This document shows positions 1 through 11,745 of a stretch of DNA of 64,000 nucleotides, piece by piece. The notes beneath the pieces were generated by a model that was not told the origin of the DNA, made no database searches, and saw only the letters and a program-made list of their open reading frames with translations. The DNA is from Tubulanus polymorphus (Eukaryota; Animalia; Nemertea): assembly GCF_964204645.1 (NCBI RefSeq), contig NC_134036.1, forward strand, positions 5,610,600 through 5,674,599, given 5' to 3'. A program made the translations under genes and the position numbers. The stretch's first letter is position 1; every line of letters starts with the position of its first letter.

Positions 1-527
1 ACGGAATCGATGAATGAATCCAATCGATTCCTTTTTAGGTAGACCTTTTTGGTGAAACTGGACCCAGAGTGTACATTCAGCTCATCCCCGTGACGTTCGA
101 ACTCGAACGCGATTAACTAGTTATCTGTTTTCGTCAATAATTTCTTGATCAAATGCGTCAGCTCGAAAATATGCATATTTTATTCTGTATTCTCACTGGT
201 CGGTAGTACTTGAAGTACCTTTGTATTTTTCTTTGTAAAATACATACAATCAGTGTATAGTTCTGTCCCATTGCATTGTTTAATTTTATAGTCTCTTATG
301 ATGTCTAATTGAAAATACTTATATTAAAAATAAGTAAAACACTTGACTTTGTATACCCCTCGTGTCGACACGTGGAATAATTCCATTTCAATTTCAATTA
401 CTCTGACAAAACGGGGCCATCGATCTATTTCCCTTCACCGAGGAATCATAATCGTTCGCGTCGAATAGAAAAAAAACAAAAATCGAGAAACGAAACGAAA
501 CGAAACAAAACGAGACGAAAATAGATG

Positions 528-888
528 TTAAACATGTTTTAATTTAAAGTCACCAGGATTATACCCTCGATAGCGAATCTTCCAGTCTGACCCACAACCA
601 GGACACATCCGAACCTCACACTTTGCCTTGCAATCTTTATACTTAGGAAAATCGTAATTATAATAAGGACTGCAGTAGCCGCAGTTCCTGTTGACGCAAA
701 GGGAACACATGAAAAACCCACTTGAATTAGCAAAACCAGTGACCATCAAAACAAAAAATAACAGATACTGAAAATAGAATAAATCAGGTGTTGTACATTT
801 CTGTGAAAAGTACGTTATTCATACAAAAAATACACGATCCCTAAAGTGTTTCAATTCACACATACACACACGCACGCACGCACGCACG

Positions 889-920
<32 letters not shown>

Positions 921-1235
921 TGAATGCGTAAACGGAAGAGGACTGAGGCGAGGAGAAGACTCCGCTGTGGCCTGATAGCCACACGGTGATTCAACCCGTG
1001 GTAGATAAGGATCAACCATTGTTTTACTTGTGTGCAGTAGATCATACTACTGCGACAACACAGGCATTAACCCACGGCGAAACGGGATTCACCATATGTC
1101 GCTAGTGTGCGGTAAAACGTGGCCTACTGCGCAACGGGATGTTTAGCTCAGGACGTGACCGGGTGTCGCTAGCGAATATATATTTATAGAAATATAAATT
1201 ACAAACAAGAACTATGCATTTACCTTCGATGACAT
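528..1235 (-). CDS. Secreted 8-Cys peptide precursor, paralog 1 (exons 1235-1224, 767-528; 83 aa: MSSK|YLLFFVLMVTGFANSSGFFMCSLCVNRNCGYCSPYYNYDFPKYKDCKAKCEVRMCPGCGSDWKIRYRGYNPGDFKLKHV)
   Basis: Micro-exon ATG TCA TCG AAG|GTAAAT, acceptor TTTTCAG|TAT, phase 0. Hydrophobic signal-like N-terminus, CxxC-x4-CxxC-x13-CxxxC-x4-CxxC. The same structure recurs in other paralogs. Confidence 0.85.
857..920. repeat. Compound (CA)n/(CACG)n microsatellite in peptide intron
   Basis: Directly visible; also at ~19687-19747 in the duplicate. Confidence 0.95.
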
Positions 1236-1340
1236 GTTTCTCCGATTCGCTAGATCTCAACTCAAACGTGTTTGTGAAGTCTACAAATTCCTTCTGACAA
1301 CCGCGTGTACGTGTACAACGGTGCGACCAAACGATAGCGG

Positions 1341-1346
1341 TTTATA
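1341..1346 (-). promoter_or_regulatory. Putative TATA box (TATAAA) of peptide paralog 1
   Basis: TATAAA ~105 bp upstream of the ATG. Same position in paralog 4 (27255-27260); TATACA variant in paralog 2. Confidence 0.55.
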
Positions 1347-1384
1347 TGGAGAGACATAATATTTTGATCGAACTATTGAAATCA

Positions 1385-2660
1385 AGCAGACGTTTCAATT
1401 GGGTTCAATTCTCTTTGTCTCTATCACTCAGACGCACTCGAATCGGTATCGTATATCACCATCGCCCGATATCATATGCGTTAAATTTTAGCAGCTGTGT
1501 TAGGAGTATTAAGAATTTTTCGATGTTTCCGAGTTAATTATACTAAACATTTTAAACTATTATCATATGTTCTTCAATAGCCGTCTTCTAGATAAGAGTG
1601 ATATCGTTCTCGAATCTTCGAATTCATCGAGACTGCGACGGTCGTCATTTGTAAATGAGTTGAATTTTACAAATCGCTGGCTTTATTGTTATTGAGAAAA
1701 GTCGTCGCTATATAATCATAAAATCTAATGGAATCATATTGAATCAAAAAAGCCACTGTGAAGATCGTCGTAGTTATTTCACAGAGTAGTTGACGTATTC
1801 GAAAACGAGAAATTCGCAGAAAACCCAGTTATTTTTGGTTATTTCGCGCAGCTTCTTAACGTTGTATTAGATTATGGCTGGAATATAACAAGGCTCTTTG
1901 AACGAGTGAATTCTATGTACACAGTCCATCCTATTTTAAAGCAGTTACTGAGAACAGAAATAAAACCGTGGATCACTTGATATTTGTGTAGGAAATCTCG
2001 TGCAGGCTTATGTTTGTGCGTCAAAGAAATGTTTCCGAGAATATCTTAACCGGGTATTTATTTCATTAACATTGACATTTTCTTTGATAACGAAATCCAG
2101 TTCGAATCCGCAGCAATGAATTTTTAGTGCGAATGTGAACTGGCGCGGAAAGTCGGTATCGCCGCTTTGTAACTACTTGATTTCTTCGTTTCAGAGTCCA
2201 TATTTCATAATCCTTTCATAAGTGTTGGGGGACTAACAGAAACATGCATTTCGAATAAACTTGTAAACTCTAAGCCTACATTTATTGAGAACATTAGAGA
2301 ATACGGTACGATCATTTTTGCCAATTTTCAGAAACTTTTCGACGCTACTTTTCGACGCTGCTTTGCAGCTATGTTTGTTTTTTTTTTTCATTTCCTTTCC
2401 CCCATTCTACATAACTGCATGTTCGCGAAATCAATTGTGAATTCAATTTGGTTTCTAAAACAGACAAGTTACTAAACACGATCTTATCACTCCCTATCGC
2501 TTCAAAATTCTGAGAACCGCGATGTCGCTATAGAGGAAGGGTCAACGAAGAAGCAGTAGAAAACGCTTTATACTCGTATGACATAATCGTAACATACGAT
2601 ACCGGTTCGAGTGCGTCTGAGTGATAGAGGGAATTTGAACAGATAAAACATCTGCATCAC
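1385..2660. mobile_element. Inverted-repeat-bounded element upstream of peptide gene (degenerate DNA transposon/MITE-like)
   Basis: ~70-90 bp imperfect inverted repeat with core CTCTATCACTCAGACGCACTCGAA(T/C)CGGTATCGTAT at ~1419-1454, reverse complement at ~2594-2630. Also at 8790-10120 and 27298-29230. Confidence 0.55.
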
Positions 2661-2772
2661 TTCACACAATTGTTATTGATTATGAACTGTCACTCACTCT
2701 CCGGTTCTCTCCCTCCCTCTCTATTCCAACGGCAAACTCGTTCATATGCGTGAAGCGGAATAGTAGAATAGG

Positions 2773-3056
2773 AATAAACATTACATCGACTTCACTAATG
2801 CCCGAAATCTGAGATCTAAACAGTCGCGAAAGGTTTGATAATAATTCATTAATGATTTATTCTAATATCTATTTATACAATGTGCTCATTGGCTTTACAC
2901 CATATATATTAATAGCAATAAACATTACATCGACTTTTCCAATGCCAGATATTTGAAATCTACACAGTCGCGAAAGGTTTTAATAATAATTCTATAATAA
3001 TTTATTCTGCCTAAAATCCATATACAATATGCGCATTGGCTTAAAATCATATATAA
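2773..3056. repeat. Tandem duplication of a ~143-bp unit
   Basis: AATAAACATTACATCGACTT...AATGCC...CAGTCGCGAAAGGTTT occurs twice; also at ~20998-21280. Single copy at ~29345. Confidence 0.8.
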
Positions 3057-3501
3057 AGGGGAACAGAGGAACAGAAAACTAAATCGAGTTTTATTAAAAG
3101 CTTTGATAGTTCCAGATAATTCCCTTTATTTCACAATATGTTCAACTGTCTATTTACTGCGGAAGGACATAACAGCCAACAGTAAGGAGCATGGATACAT
3201 GATCGTCAACCAAAATTTAAATGCAATGCTATCAGAATTAACCTATTCAAAATATCCCCACAAAGCATTGTCGTGAAAAAATAGTATTCTTGCAATTCCA
3301 CATCAGCATTAGTCTAATAACACGCCCTTTTAACCGAAGACAAATTCTTTATCTAGTAAAGTCTGAGCCTCATATTTCAGAAAAGGATTTTGTATCTTAA
3401 AGAATTCGTCAGTATTATGATTGTGTTGAGACTAGAAGATACACAATATCCGTGTAAGATGATAACGAGAGAAATCCCGCAACGAATTCAGCAAAAACGT
3501 A

Positions 3502-3882
3502 CGGTGGCTGATAAGGGCCAAATGCATTGATTTTTACACGACCTCGATTATAGAAAAATGCAAAACGAAACCTATAGAGCAAAAACGAATTTTTCGTTTT
3601 TGCTCCATAATATTCGTTTTTGCGCCCTAGCAAAAACGAACTTTCGTATTTGCTCTATTGAATTATTTTTCATATGACCTTGATTATAGAAAAATGCAAA
3701 ATGAAAATCCATAAAGCAAAAAATGGTTCGTTTTTGCCGAACTTTACTGCGCAAAAACGAAAAATCATGGAGCAAGAACGAATATTTTCGTTTTTGCTCT
3801 ATAATATTTCCTTTTTGCGCGGTAGCGAAGCGAAAGTTCGTTTTTTGCTACGGTGCAAAAACGAATTTTATGGCGCAAAAAC
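3502..3882. mobile_element. Truncated copy of the TA-flanked MITE (right end deleted)
   Basis: Left end nearly identical to that of 21726-22361. Internal GCAAAAACGAA/TTCGTTTTTGC repeats. Joins directly to sequence matching ~23029. Confidence 0.8.
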
Positions 3883-4281
3883 GAGATGATCGGGTCGCAA
3901 GTCGACCTGAGCTTAGCTTTCTTCTACATACGATTAATCCTGCCATCCAGCAAAATATGAATGCATGTATTATGCGTTTTTTTGTACGTTTGACGTTTGT
4001 ACCGCTATGACCGTCAGCATTTAGCCTCGAGTTTGTCAAATGAATTTCAAGTAAAATGACGCGAATCATGATTAATAAGTAGACTGAGACAACCTAAGGG
4101 GTCAACTAATGCTTAAGCATATCGGTCAGAGTGAGCTGATAATCAGTGATCCTACACGAGACACGTGGAGTTATACACATTGATATAAGTCGGGAATTAT
4201 GAGCGGAAGATATCATTTAAAAGATAGATCCATATGATCACCGCGTACTTCACGATATATTTCCAATAAATATGTTTATCG

Positions 4282-6095
4282 CTAAGATATGATTTGCAGG
4301 TGGACCACAACAGCGGAAGCTGCCATGTGTAACGTGCCATTTTCATCGACTGGAACTTTTCCCAGATAAACACCGAGCGCGTCGTCCATGAACTCGGCTA
4401 GTTTCGATTCGGGAATTCGTTTTACGTGCGGTAAAATTGCGCCGAACCATTCTGAAAAAAATAACACGATATGTAATAATAGTAGAACGTTCTTTGTTTC
4501 GCTATCATCGAAGTATGGTTAAAATCATTGTCACGGTCCAAATAAGGCCCGGAACAATTAACTCGAGCTTGATTCGTTCCAATTCGCGGCCCGGACCAAA
4601 TCGTCTCCGTGTGACCGCGCCTGAAGTCTCGCGACGCCAACGGGTCCGGAAAACAAATGAGGGAGGATGTTTTCAGTTATGGTTCACTAACGTTTTGCAG
4701 ATTCGCGATCGGAAAATGTGTAATCACGAGTTGTGATTTCACAACGTTTAACAGCGAACCCCAATGATTCAGCCATTCGGCGATATCCACTGACTATATT
4801 TGGAGACCTCCATTCACTGTATTCCTCCCAGCTCGGCTCCAACGACCAGTCCGGTGTAAATCCCTACAGAAAAATAACTCGTCATTAGATCTGACTATGA
4901 AATTAAAAACCTTTCAAAAATGAATGTCCTTATAAGGTAATGCATCATTCGAAAGATAAAATTGCTCTATCAACATTTTTTATAGCATATTTAAATCGTA
5001 AATCGGTCGAACGGTTAAGCTGCTAGCTTTGGAGAGAACCGTCATTATCAACATAATCTGCACTCAGATGGTTACAACATTTCACACTGATGAATGAGTC
5101 ATACCTGGAAATACGGAGACCATTTTTCCAATTTGTCTACATCGCACATGTGAACCATCATTGATGACGTAATCAGCACGAGGACGACTTCCCCGTTAAC
5201 GGAGAGTAGACGTTTTATATTTTCCAAGTTCTTATATTGATTCGGAGTCCAGTGAAGAACCATGAACGACGTGACCAAGTCGAATTTCCGTCGCCAGTCC
5301 GCTCCGTACGAGTCGGGATCGGTCAAGTCGGCGACCAGGTATTCGATTTTAGGATTCGGATTTTTCGAACGGGCGAAATCGACCATAGATTCGTACTGGA
5401 ATGCGATAGTAAAACAAACTATATAGATAAATAAACGCGATGTTTTTTTTTCAATCCAGAATCAAATTCATTTTTCATTCATTGCTCGCGCATTTAGCAG
5501 GTCGGCCATTTTATGGTACAGCAAACATACAGCAAACATGCACACAAATTTTACCTCCCGTATAGAGACCACGGTGGGATCCCGGTTTGGCCATTGGCCG
5601 AAATCCCTGAGTTAGCTGATGTTTCCTTGTTACAACCAAAAGATTTATTTTTTGAATCGGAGAAATATCTAGGCCCGAAATATTACAATCCATTTATTTG
5701 AATGAGGTAAGGCAAAGTGATACAATATAGCACTCTAGCTGAATTCCCTGCGTTTAGCAGGTTTTGGTTAAGTTTGTCAAATTTGTCAAACCTGTGTCAA
5801 TGCTGATTGGGCTAACGTAGGGTAACCTCTGAGCTGATGAACGATGCAGCTATGATATAACCCCCCCCCCCATCTGACCAACAAAGCAGACTGTATTTAC
5901 CTTATCAAAAGCGGTAAGATGTTCGACGTTGTCCAATTTACTCAGTATGGTATTAGTGACTTCACCGCTACCGCAGCCTATATCCAATACATTACTGTAA
6001 CCACCCGGCTTGAAATCAATGGTCGATAAAATATTAGCGGCCCAATTTCTGTTGCCGTCGCTAGCATTCGAATAAAGTTCCGCGTTCGGATTCAT
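4282..6095 (-). CDS. Class I SAM-dependent methyltransferase, juvenile hormone acid O-methyltransferase-like (exons 6095-5901, 5395-5105, 4863-4692, 4451-4282; 275 aa)
   Basis: MNPNAELYS start, motif I VLDIGCGSG, FDK|YESMVDFAR, FDLVTSFMVLHW. All GT-AG junctions are phase-consistent (195+291+172+170 = 828 nt). Confidence 0.88.
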
Positions 6096-7432
6096 TCTGT
6101 ATCTTCCGCAAGCAAGAACTTTAGATTGAATTAGATCGAGCGAAAATGTTCGAGATCTCGCGGAAGTGAAGAACAGAACCGCGATTACGAGTAAGAGTTT
6201 ATGCGGGCGGTTTTGTGATTTTTTACGTTCTCTATAGAGAGCCGCTTTCAAAACGGATCGTGGCAATATAACGTAAGTTTCTATTGCGGTCGGGGAATAA
6301 AAAGTAGCGTTTGAATCGAAATGTCAACATAACTCTATTGATTTCCTTTCAAGAGGAAAGACTTGTCGCTTGTCTATTGAAACCATTCTTTAGAGATTTA
6401 TTCGGCGTTATTAGGTAAAAAAAAAAAACATGACTGATATAATCTCGGAATTGGGACGAGCAAACGTATAAGACGAAGAATCGATTTTATCGATTAGAAT
6501 ATAGGTCAATAAATGTCTAGACTAATTCTTGAACGTCTAGCAACGTGAAAATATTATCACTATATCGCTATAAGCACGCGTCGGTGTGAACCGATGTACT
6601 ACTCTGGATTTGCATACGCGAAACACTACTTGCTCCTCGAAATCTAAAAAGAATGACAGTTATAGAAACTACAAAAGAATACTGACGTTTTGACTCAATT
6701 CTATGCGAAAAAAAACTAGTCCTACCGTCGGTGTTTTACTCCGTAATCGAGGGATTTAATTTTCAATCGAATTATAGAAATTCGATTTAATTTCGATGCG
6801 CTTATAACGATGACGTAGTACACAGCGACTCACACAGAACCCGCAGACAACGCGGACTGGACATCGATGTGTGTAAACATTATTGTAACGGTTTTTAAGG
6901 CGACACAAATAGGACGCGAACAAAACGAATGCACGCCTATTTGAACAGAGCTTACATTATGCAAACTAATGCAAATCCTGTAGAATAGATGAGGCGATAA
7001 TATGCGTCAGCTCGAAATCTGTTCTCGGTAAATACATTTCATATGCGTCAGCTCGAAAATATTCATCTTTTTCCTGCATTCGCACTGGTCGGCCGTACTT
7101 TCTCGAAAACCTTTCTATTTTCCTTGTAAAAGACATAAAATCCGTGTATAGTTCTTTTTCGTTTTATTGTGTATCTTAAAGTCTCTTATGATGTCGATTT
7201 GAAAATAGACTTCTTGAAGTAAATACTTGACTTTCTATAAACCTCGTCTCGAATTGATAGAATTACAATTTCATTAAAAATTTAGATTTCTCCTATAAAA
7301 AGGGGCGCATCGATCTATCTCGATCTATCCAAAAATGGGAGAAACGGAACGATAAAAAGATGTTAAACATTTTTCTTTTGTTTTTATTTGAAGTAACCAG
7401 GATTAAACTAGATAGATTGGTGTATCGATTTT

Positions 7433-8704
7433 TTAGAAGTTCAAAAGAAAGTTGAAATGGCCCGTTGAACATCTATCGATACAACGCGCATACAAACAGT
7501 TTCTCTTGCATACTCTGTACTTAGGATCATCCCAACGAAGATGAGGGCAGTCTCGCTTGCAACCTTCGTTGCACAAGAAACACATAAATGAAAATGAATC
7601 AGTGACCATCAGCAAAACTAAAACTACCACATACTGAAAATAAAGGAAATCATCAAGCGATGTACGTTTTCTGAGAACATTGTTTATCCAAATAAAACTC
7701 GATTGTTAACATGTTTCAATTCATACACAAATGGATGCAGAAACGGAAGAGTGCCGATGCGAGGAGAGGAGTCCACTCTGGCCTGGTGGGCACAAAGTCA
7801 TGAGGATTCTACCCGTAGTAGATGATCATCCACCAGATGTATCACTTATGTACAGCAGATAATCAATTGCTGCGGCAACGACGGCTTTAACTCACGGCGA
7901 AATAGGATTCACCAGGTGTCGCTGGCAGAACATCGATGACAGGATAAAGCAGATTTCGAAATTCATGTTTGGCGATCAAGAGCTAGAGGTAGTTGAGGAT
8001 TATGTATTGCTTGGAGTGAAATTTAACTGGACTGGTAGCTTTACAAAATCAAGAAAATACCCTTATGATAAAGCAACGAGAGCTATGTTTTCGATCGTTC
8101 AAAAAGGTTGGCGCTTCAAACTTCATGTAGATGTTGTGTTCAAGCTATTTGATATGTGTGTCGCTCCTATCGCTATGTATGGATGCGAGGTTTGGGGGTT
8201 ATGAAAATCTTGATTTATTAGAGGATCTCCACACCATATTTGGACACAACAATTTATGGCGAACAGTAGGACCTTCTCAAGTCGAATAAAACACACTCTT
8301 CGTGATCAACACCTTCGAAATACCGTTTCAAAAGTAGATGCTAATCCGATATACATTAATTTTATGCAATACAAAAATGATATTGAATTAGAAAGGTATA
8401 TTAGTGAACTTGACGAGGATTTAGTCCCCCCCCCCCCAAATAATAAGTATATCGTAAATAGAGTATGAATATATTATCAATGATTTTGTTATATTTTGAA
8501 GACAAGTTTATATTCTCTGTTAATTGTAAATATTGTATACTTTTTATAAGTCTCCCTCCATGTACCATAGAAATGGTACATGGAGCGGTGAATAAAATCC
8601 TAATCCTAATCCTAATCATAATCCTTGCTGTGGAAATAGAGGACTCGACGACAGTTTTACAAACAAGAACTATCAAAACGTTAATGCATTACCTTTGAAG
8701 ACAT
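7433..8704 (-). CDS. Secreted 8-Cys peptide precursor, paralog 2 (exons 8704-8693, 7633-7433; 70 aa: MSSK|YVVVLVLLMVTDSFSFMCFLCNEGCKRDCPHLRWDDPKYRVCKRNCLYARCIDRCSTGHFNFLLNF)
   Basis: ATG TCT TCA AAG|GTAATG donor and TTTTCAG|TAT acceptor homologous to paralog 1; eight Cys. Confidence 0.83.
7943..8644 (+). mobile_element. 5'-truncated non-LTR retrotransposon (RT C-terminal fragment, RTE-X-like) in the intron of peptide paralog 2
   Basis: ORF 7965-8204 ELEVVEDYVLLGVKF...KATRAMF...KLFDMCVAPIAMYGCEVWG is typical of LINE ORF2 ends. AATAAA plus (TAATCC)n tail at ~8591-8612. Absent from the introns of the other paralogs. Confidence 0.75.
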
Positions 8705-8789
8705 TTTCCGCGAGTACGTGTACAACGATGCGACCAGACGATAGCAGTGTATACAGCGAGAAATAATATTCGATTAAACTATCTAAATA

Positions 8790-10120
8790 ATGCAGACGTT
8801 TCAATTGGGTTCAATTCTCTTTGTCTCTATCACTCAGACGCACTAGAATCGGTATCGTATATCACCATCGCCCGATATCATATGTATTGCAGTTTAGCAG
8901 CTGTGTTAGGAGTGTTAAGAATTTTTCTTTGTTTTCGATTTAGAAATACTAAACAATTTAAACTATAAGTATAGATTCTAAAGATACGTCTTCTAGATAA
9001 GAGTGATGTAGTTCTCAAACCTACGAATTCATCGAAATTGCGATGGTCGTCATTTGTAAATGATTGGAATTTTACAAATCGCTGCCTCCATTGAGAATGA
9101 GAAAAGTCGTCATTACTATATAATCATAATCTAATGGAATCATTTCGAATCACGAAAGCCATAGTAAACTAGAGAGTCGTCATGGACACTTAACAATATT
9201 TTACAGAATGAATCGTTGACATAATCGAAAACGATAAATTCGCAGAAAACTCAGTTATTTGTCTGATGATTTTTCTTTTCTTTCCCTTTTTCAGCATGCG
9301 AGGATCCATAAAGTGTATATACATTCGTCTAACAGCTTGTCATCGTAATTAAACTCTTGCAGAAATAAAACCGACGCCCTCGAAGCAAAACATCATATGT
9401 ACATACAGCTCATCCTATTTTTACGTAGTACCGGTAACTTACAGAGAACACCGTCAAGAAATAAAGAACTGCCGTGGATCACTTGACATTTGTGTAGATT
9501 CTCGTGTACGGTTACGTTGTAACGTCATTTTCATGTCAAAGAAATGTCCAAACCAGGTATCTATTTCAGAAACATTCTCCATTTACTCTGATTATGAAAT
9601 CCAGTTCGAAAACCGCAGCAATGAATTTTTAGTTCGAATGTGAACAGGAGCGGGAACTCGATTAATCGCTGCTTTGCAACTACTAGATTTCAGTCTTCGT
9701 TTTTGAGTCCATATTTCATTTTCCTTCCATTAGTGGAACTAGCAGCATCAAATACAATTGTTTTAAATCTAAGCCTATATTTATTGAGAACACTAGAGAA
9801 TACCATATCTTCAGCCAGTCTGTAGAAACCCTTTGATGTTGTTTTGCAGCTATATTTGTTTCCCCCATTCATTTCATTTTTTACTTTACTGCCTATCGCT
9901 TCTGCATTCTGAGAACTGCGATGTCACTATAGACGAAGGGTGAACGAATACTTTGTAAAAACCGCTTAAAACTCCTATTATTTCTGCAAAATTAATAATA
10001 CTCACTTTTCACAGCTGATTAATTTCACTGCTTATGATAACATTTGACGGTAACATACGATACCGGTTCGAGTACGTATGAGTGATAGAGGGTGTTTGAA
10101 CAGCTAAAACATCTGCATCA
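8790..10120. mobile_element. Second copy of the IR-bounded upstream element
   Basis: Same inverted core motif at ~8825-8860 and ~10055-10090; homologous interior. Confidence 0.5.
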
Positions 10121-10374
10121 ATTCAAAATTTGTATTGATTATGAACTGTCACTCGGTCTCGGGCTCTCTCCCTTCCTGTTCAATCTGCCAACGTGTTGAT
10201 ATGCGTGAAGTAGAATTGAAATATACATCACATCGACTGCACCAATGCGAGAAATCTACGGAAGAACATACTAACATATTTACATACTTACCCTGGTGTC
10301 GTGCTAATCGATTCAATTAGTCGTTTAGTTGAGCCTTTTGATACGCAGGTAATCGTACAAAAATCTAATTAAAG

Positions 10375-10513
10375 CGATCTCACCACTACCGCAGCCTATA
10401 TCCAATACATTCCTGTAACCACCCGGCTTGAATTCAATGGTCGATAAAACTTTAGCGGCCCAACTTCTCGTGCCAGCGCTAGCATTCGAAATAAGTTCCG
10501 CGTTCGGATTCAT
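10375..10513 (-). pseudogene. Methyltransferase exon-1 fragment (MNPNAELISNASAGTRSWAAKVLSTIEFKPGGYRNVLDIGCGSGEI)
   Basis: Clear homology to exon 1 of 4282-6095, ending after motif I. No donor site and no downstream exons. Confidence 0.85.
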
Positions 10514-10594
10514 TCCGGTGCTTTCTTATTCGTGCGCGAACGTATTGCTAAGATTGCGCGAATTGTTTCGAAATCTTGCAGTAGTGAAAAAAAT

Positions 10595-11070
10595 GAACTA
10601 TCAACGCGTTCATACGTTTGGAGAAATGGTTCTCCGATTCTCAAGATCTCGGCTCAATAGCGTTTGCAAAGTCCACAGAATTCTATTCAACCACGTGTAC
10701 GTGTACAATATCGTCCAATAATGTAACATCGTAATGAAAATAAATTTCATTTTCAATTTCAATTTCACAACGGTGCGACCAGACGATTTATAAAGAGAGA
10801 AATGGATATTTTATCAAACTGTTGAAATAATGCGGCTGATTCGATTGGTTTCAATTCTCTTTAGCTCTATTACTCAGACGTACTCAAATCGGTATCGTGC
10901 ATCATATGTGCTAGGAGCATTAACAGTTTTTGTTTGTTTCCAAGTTATAAATACGAAACCGTTTAAACTATCATAATAAATTCTTAATCATACGTCTACT
11001 AAAGCGGCATAATTCAGGAATCTGGAATCTCTGAAACCGTCGAGACTGAGACGGTCGTCATTAAGTAATT
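10595..11070 (-). pseudogene. Relic of peptide-gene exon 1 and promoter (ATG apparently mutated to ATT)
   Basis: Homologous to 1210-1670 (TCTCCGATTC, CGTGTACGTGTACAA, CGGTGCGACC, TATAAA, left IR). No peptide exon 2 downstream. Confidence 0.6.
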
Positions 11071-11589
11071 GATTCCTCGTTTACAAAATTGTTGAAGTTT
11101 TGAGAATTGAACGACTGAGTGATAGAAGGAACATCTGTGTAATTTCATCATTTTAACTAAAATATAAAGTCTCCGCTCGAGAAAGGGCTGACTTTTATAG
11201 ACACATTTGTTTACGTACATGTCGGAATTTCAAACGTTGTAAACATTTCAACTAAAACGCGCCATAGCCTTACAAAGGCTTACAGGATATACACGAAAGT
11301 ATCAAAGTCGTTACATGTTACTCATGGCAGACATGTTTAGGGTAATGGTACTAATCTGCTGGTTTTAGTAGTAGGAGCTCCCATATGTTTAAATTCATTA
11401 GGTTCTGTTTTGCGCAATTATTCATCAACTTTTTGTGTACATTCTCGAGGCAGGCAGAGTTAAAAACCGATTCGCATAGATCCTCCAACAGCCTCTGGGG
11501 TGTTTTCTCTTTTCATGGAAATGGAAGATTATTGTTAGACATCGGCTGTATCGTCGAGGGAAATACGGCTGTATCGTCGAGGAAAATAC

Positions 11590-11745
11590 GCCAACACGAG
11601 ACTAATGTCGTCAAAACGAGAATAATGTCGTGAAAATGAGAATTAAGTCGTCAAACCGAGATTAAACTCGTCAAGTCAAGAATAATGTCTTCAAAACGAG
11701 AATAAAGTCGTTTAAATCGAGAATAACCTCGTCAAAACGACAAAA
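11590..11745. repeat. Minisatellite, ~21-bp units (CGTCAAAACGAGAATAATGT-like)
   Basis: About 7 degenerate tandem units visible. Confidence 0.8.

Noticed and set aside
819-1045. Cys/Val-rich ORFs (CVCVCVRAC)
   Set aside because: Microsatellite translation within the peptide intron.
1418-1430. TCTCTATCACT / AGTGATAGAG resembles a tet operator half-site
   Set aside because: Only a half-site, embedded in a longer genomic inverted repeat; no vector or bacterial context.
3415-4069. Cluster of short ORFs on both strands
   Set aside because: They derive from the repetitive MITE interior; no protein-like signal.
6096-6266. N-terminal extension of the methyltransferase ORF (MPRSVLKAA...)
   Set aside because: Starts at a TTG codon and is not conserved in the fragment copy; the family-like sequence begins at MNPNAELY.
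11590-11745. Regularly spaced short repeats (also in the MITE at 21726-22361) as a possible CRISPR array
   Set aside because: No unique spacers, degenerate tandem units, eukaryotic context, no cas genes.
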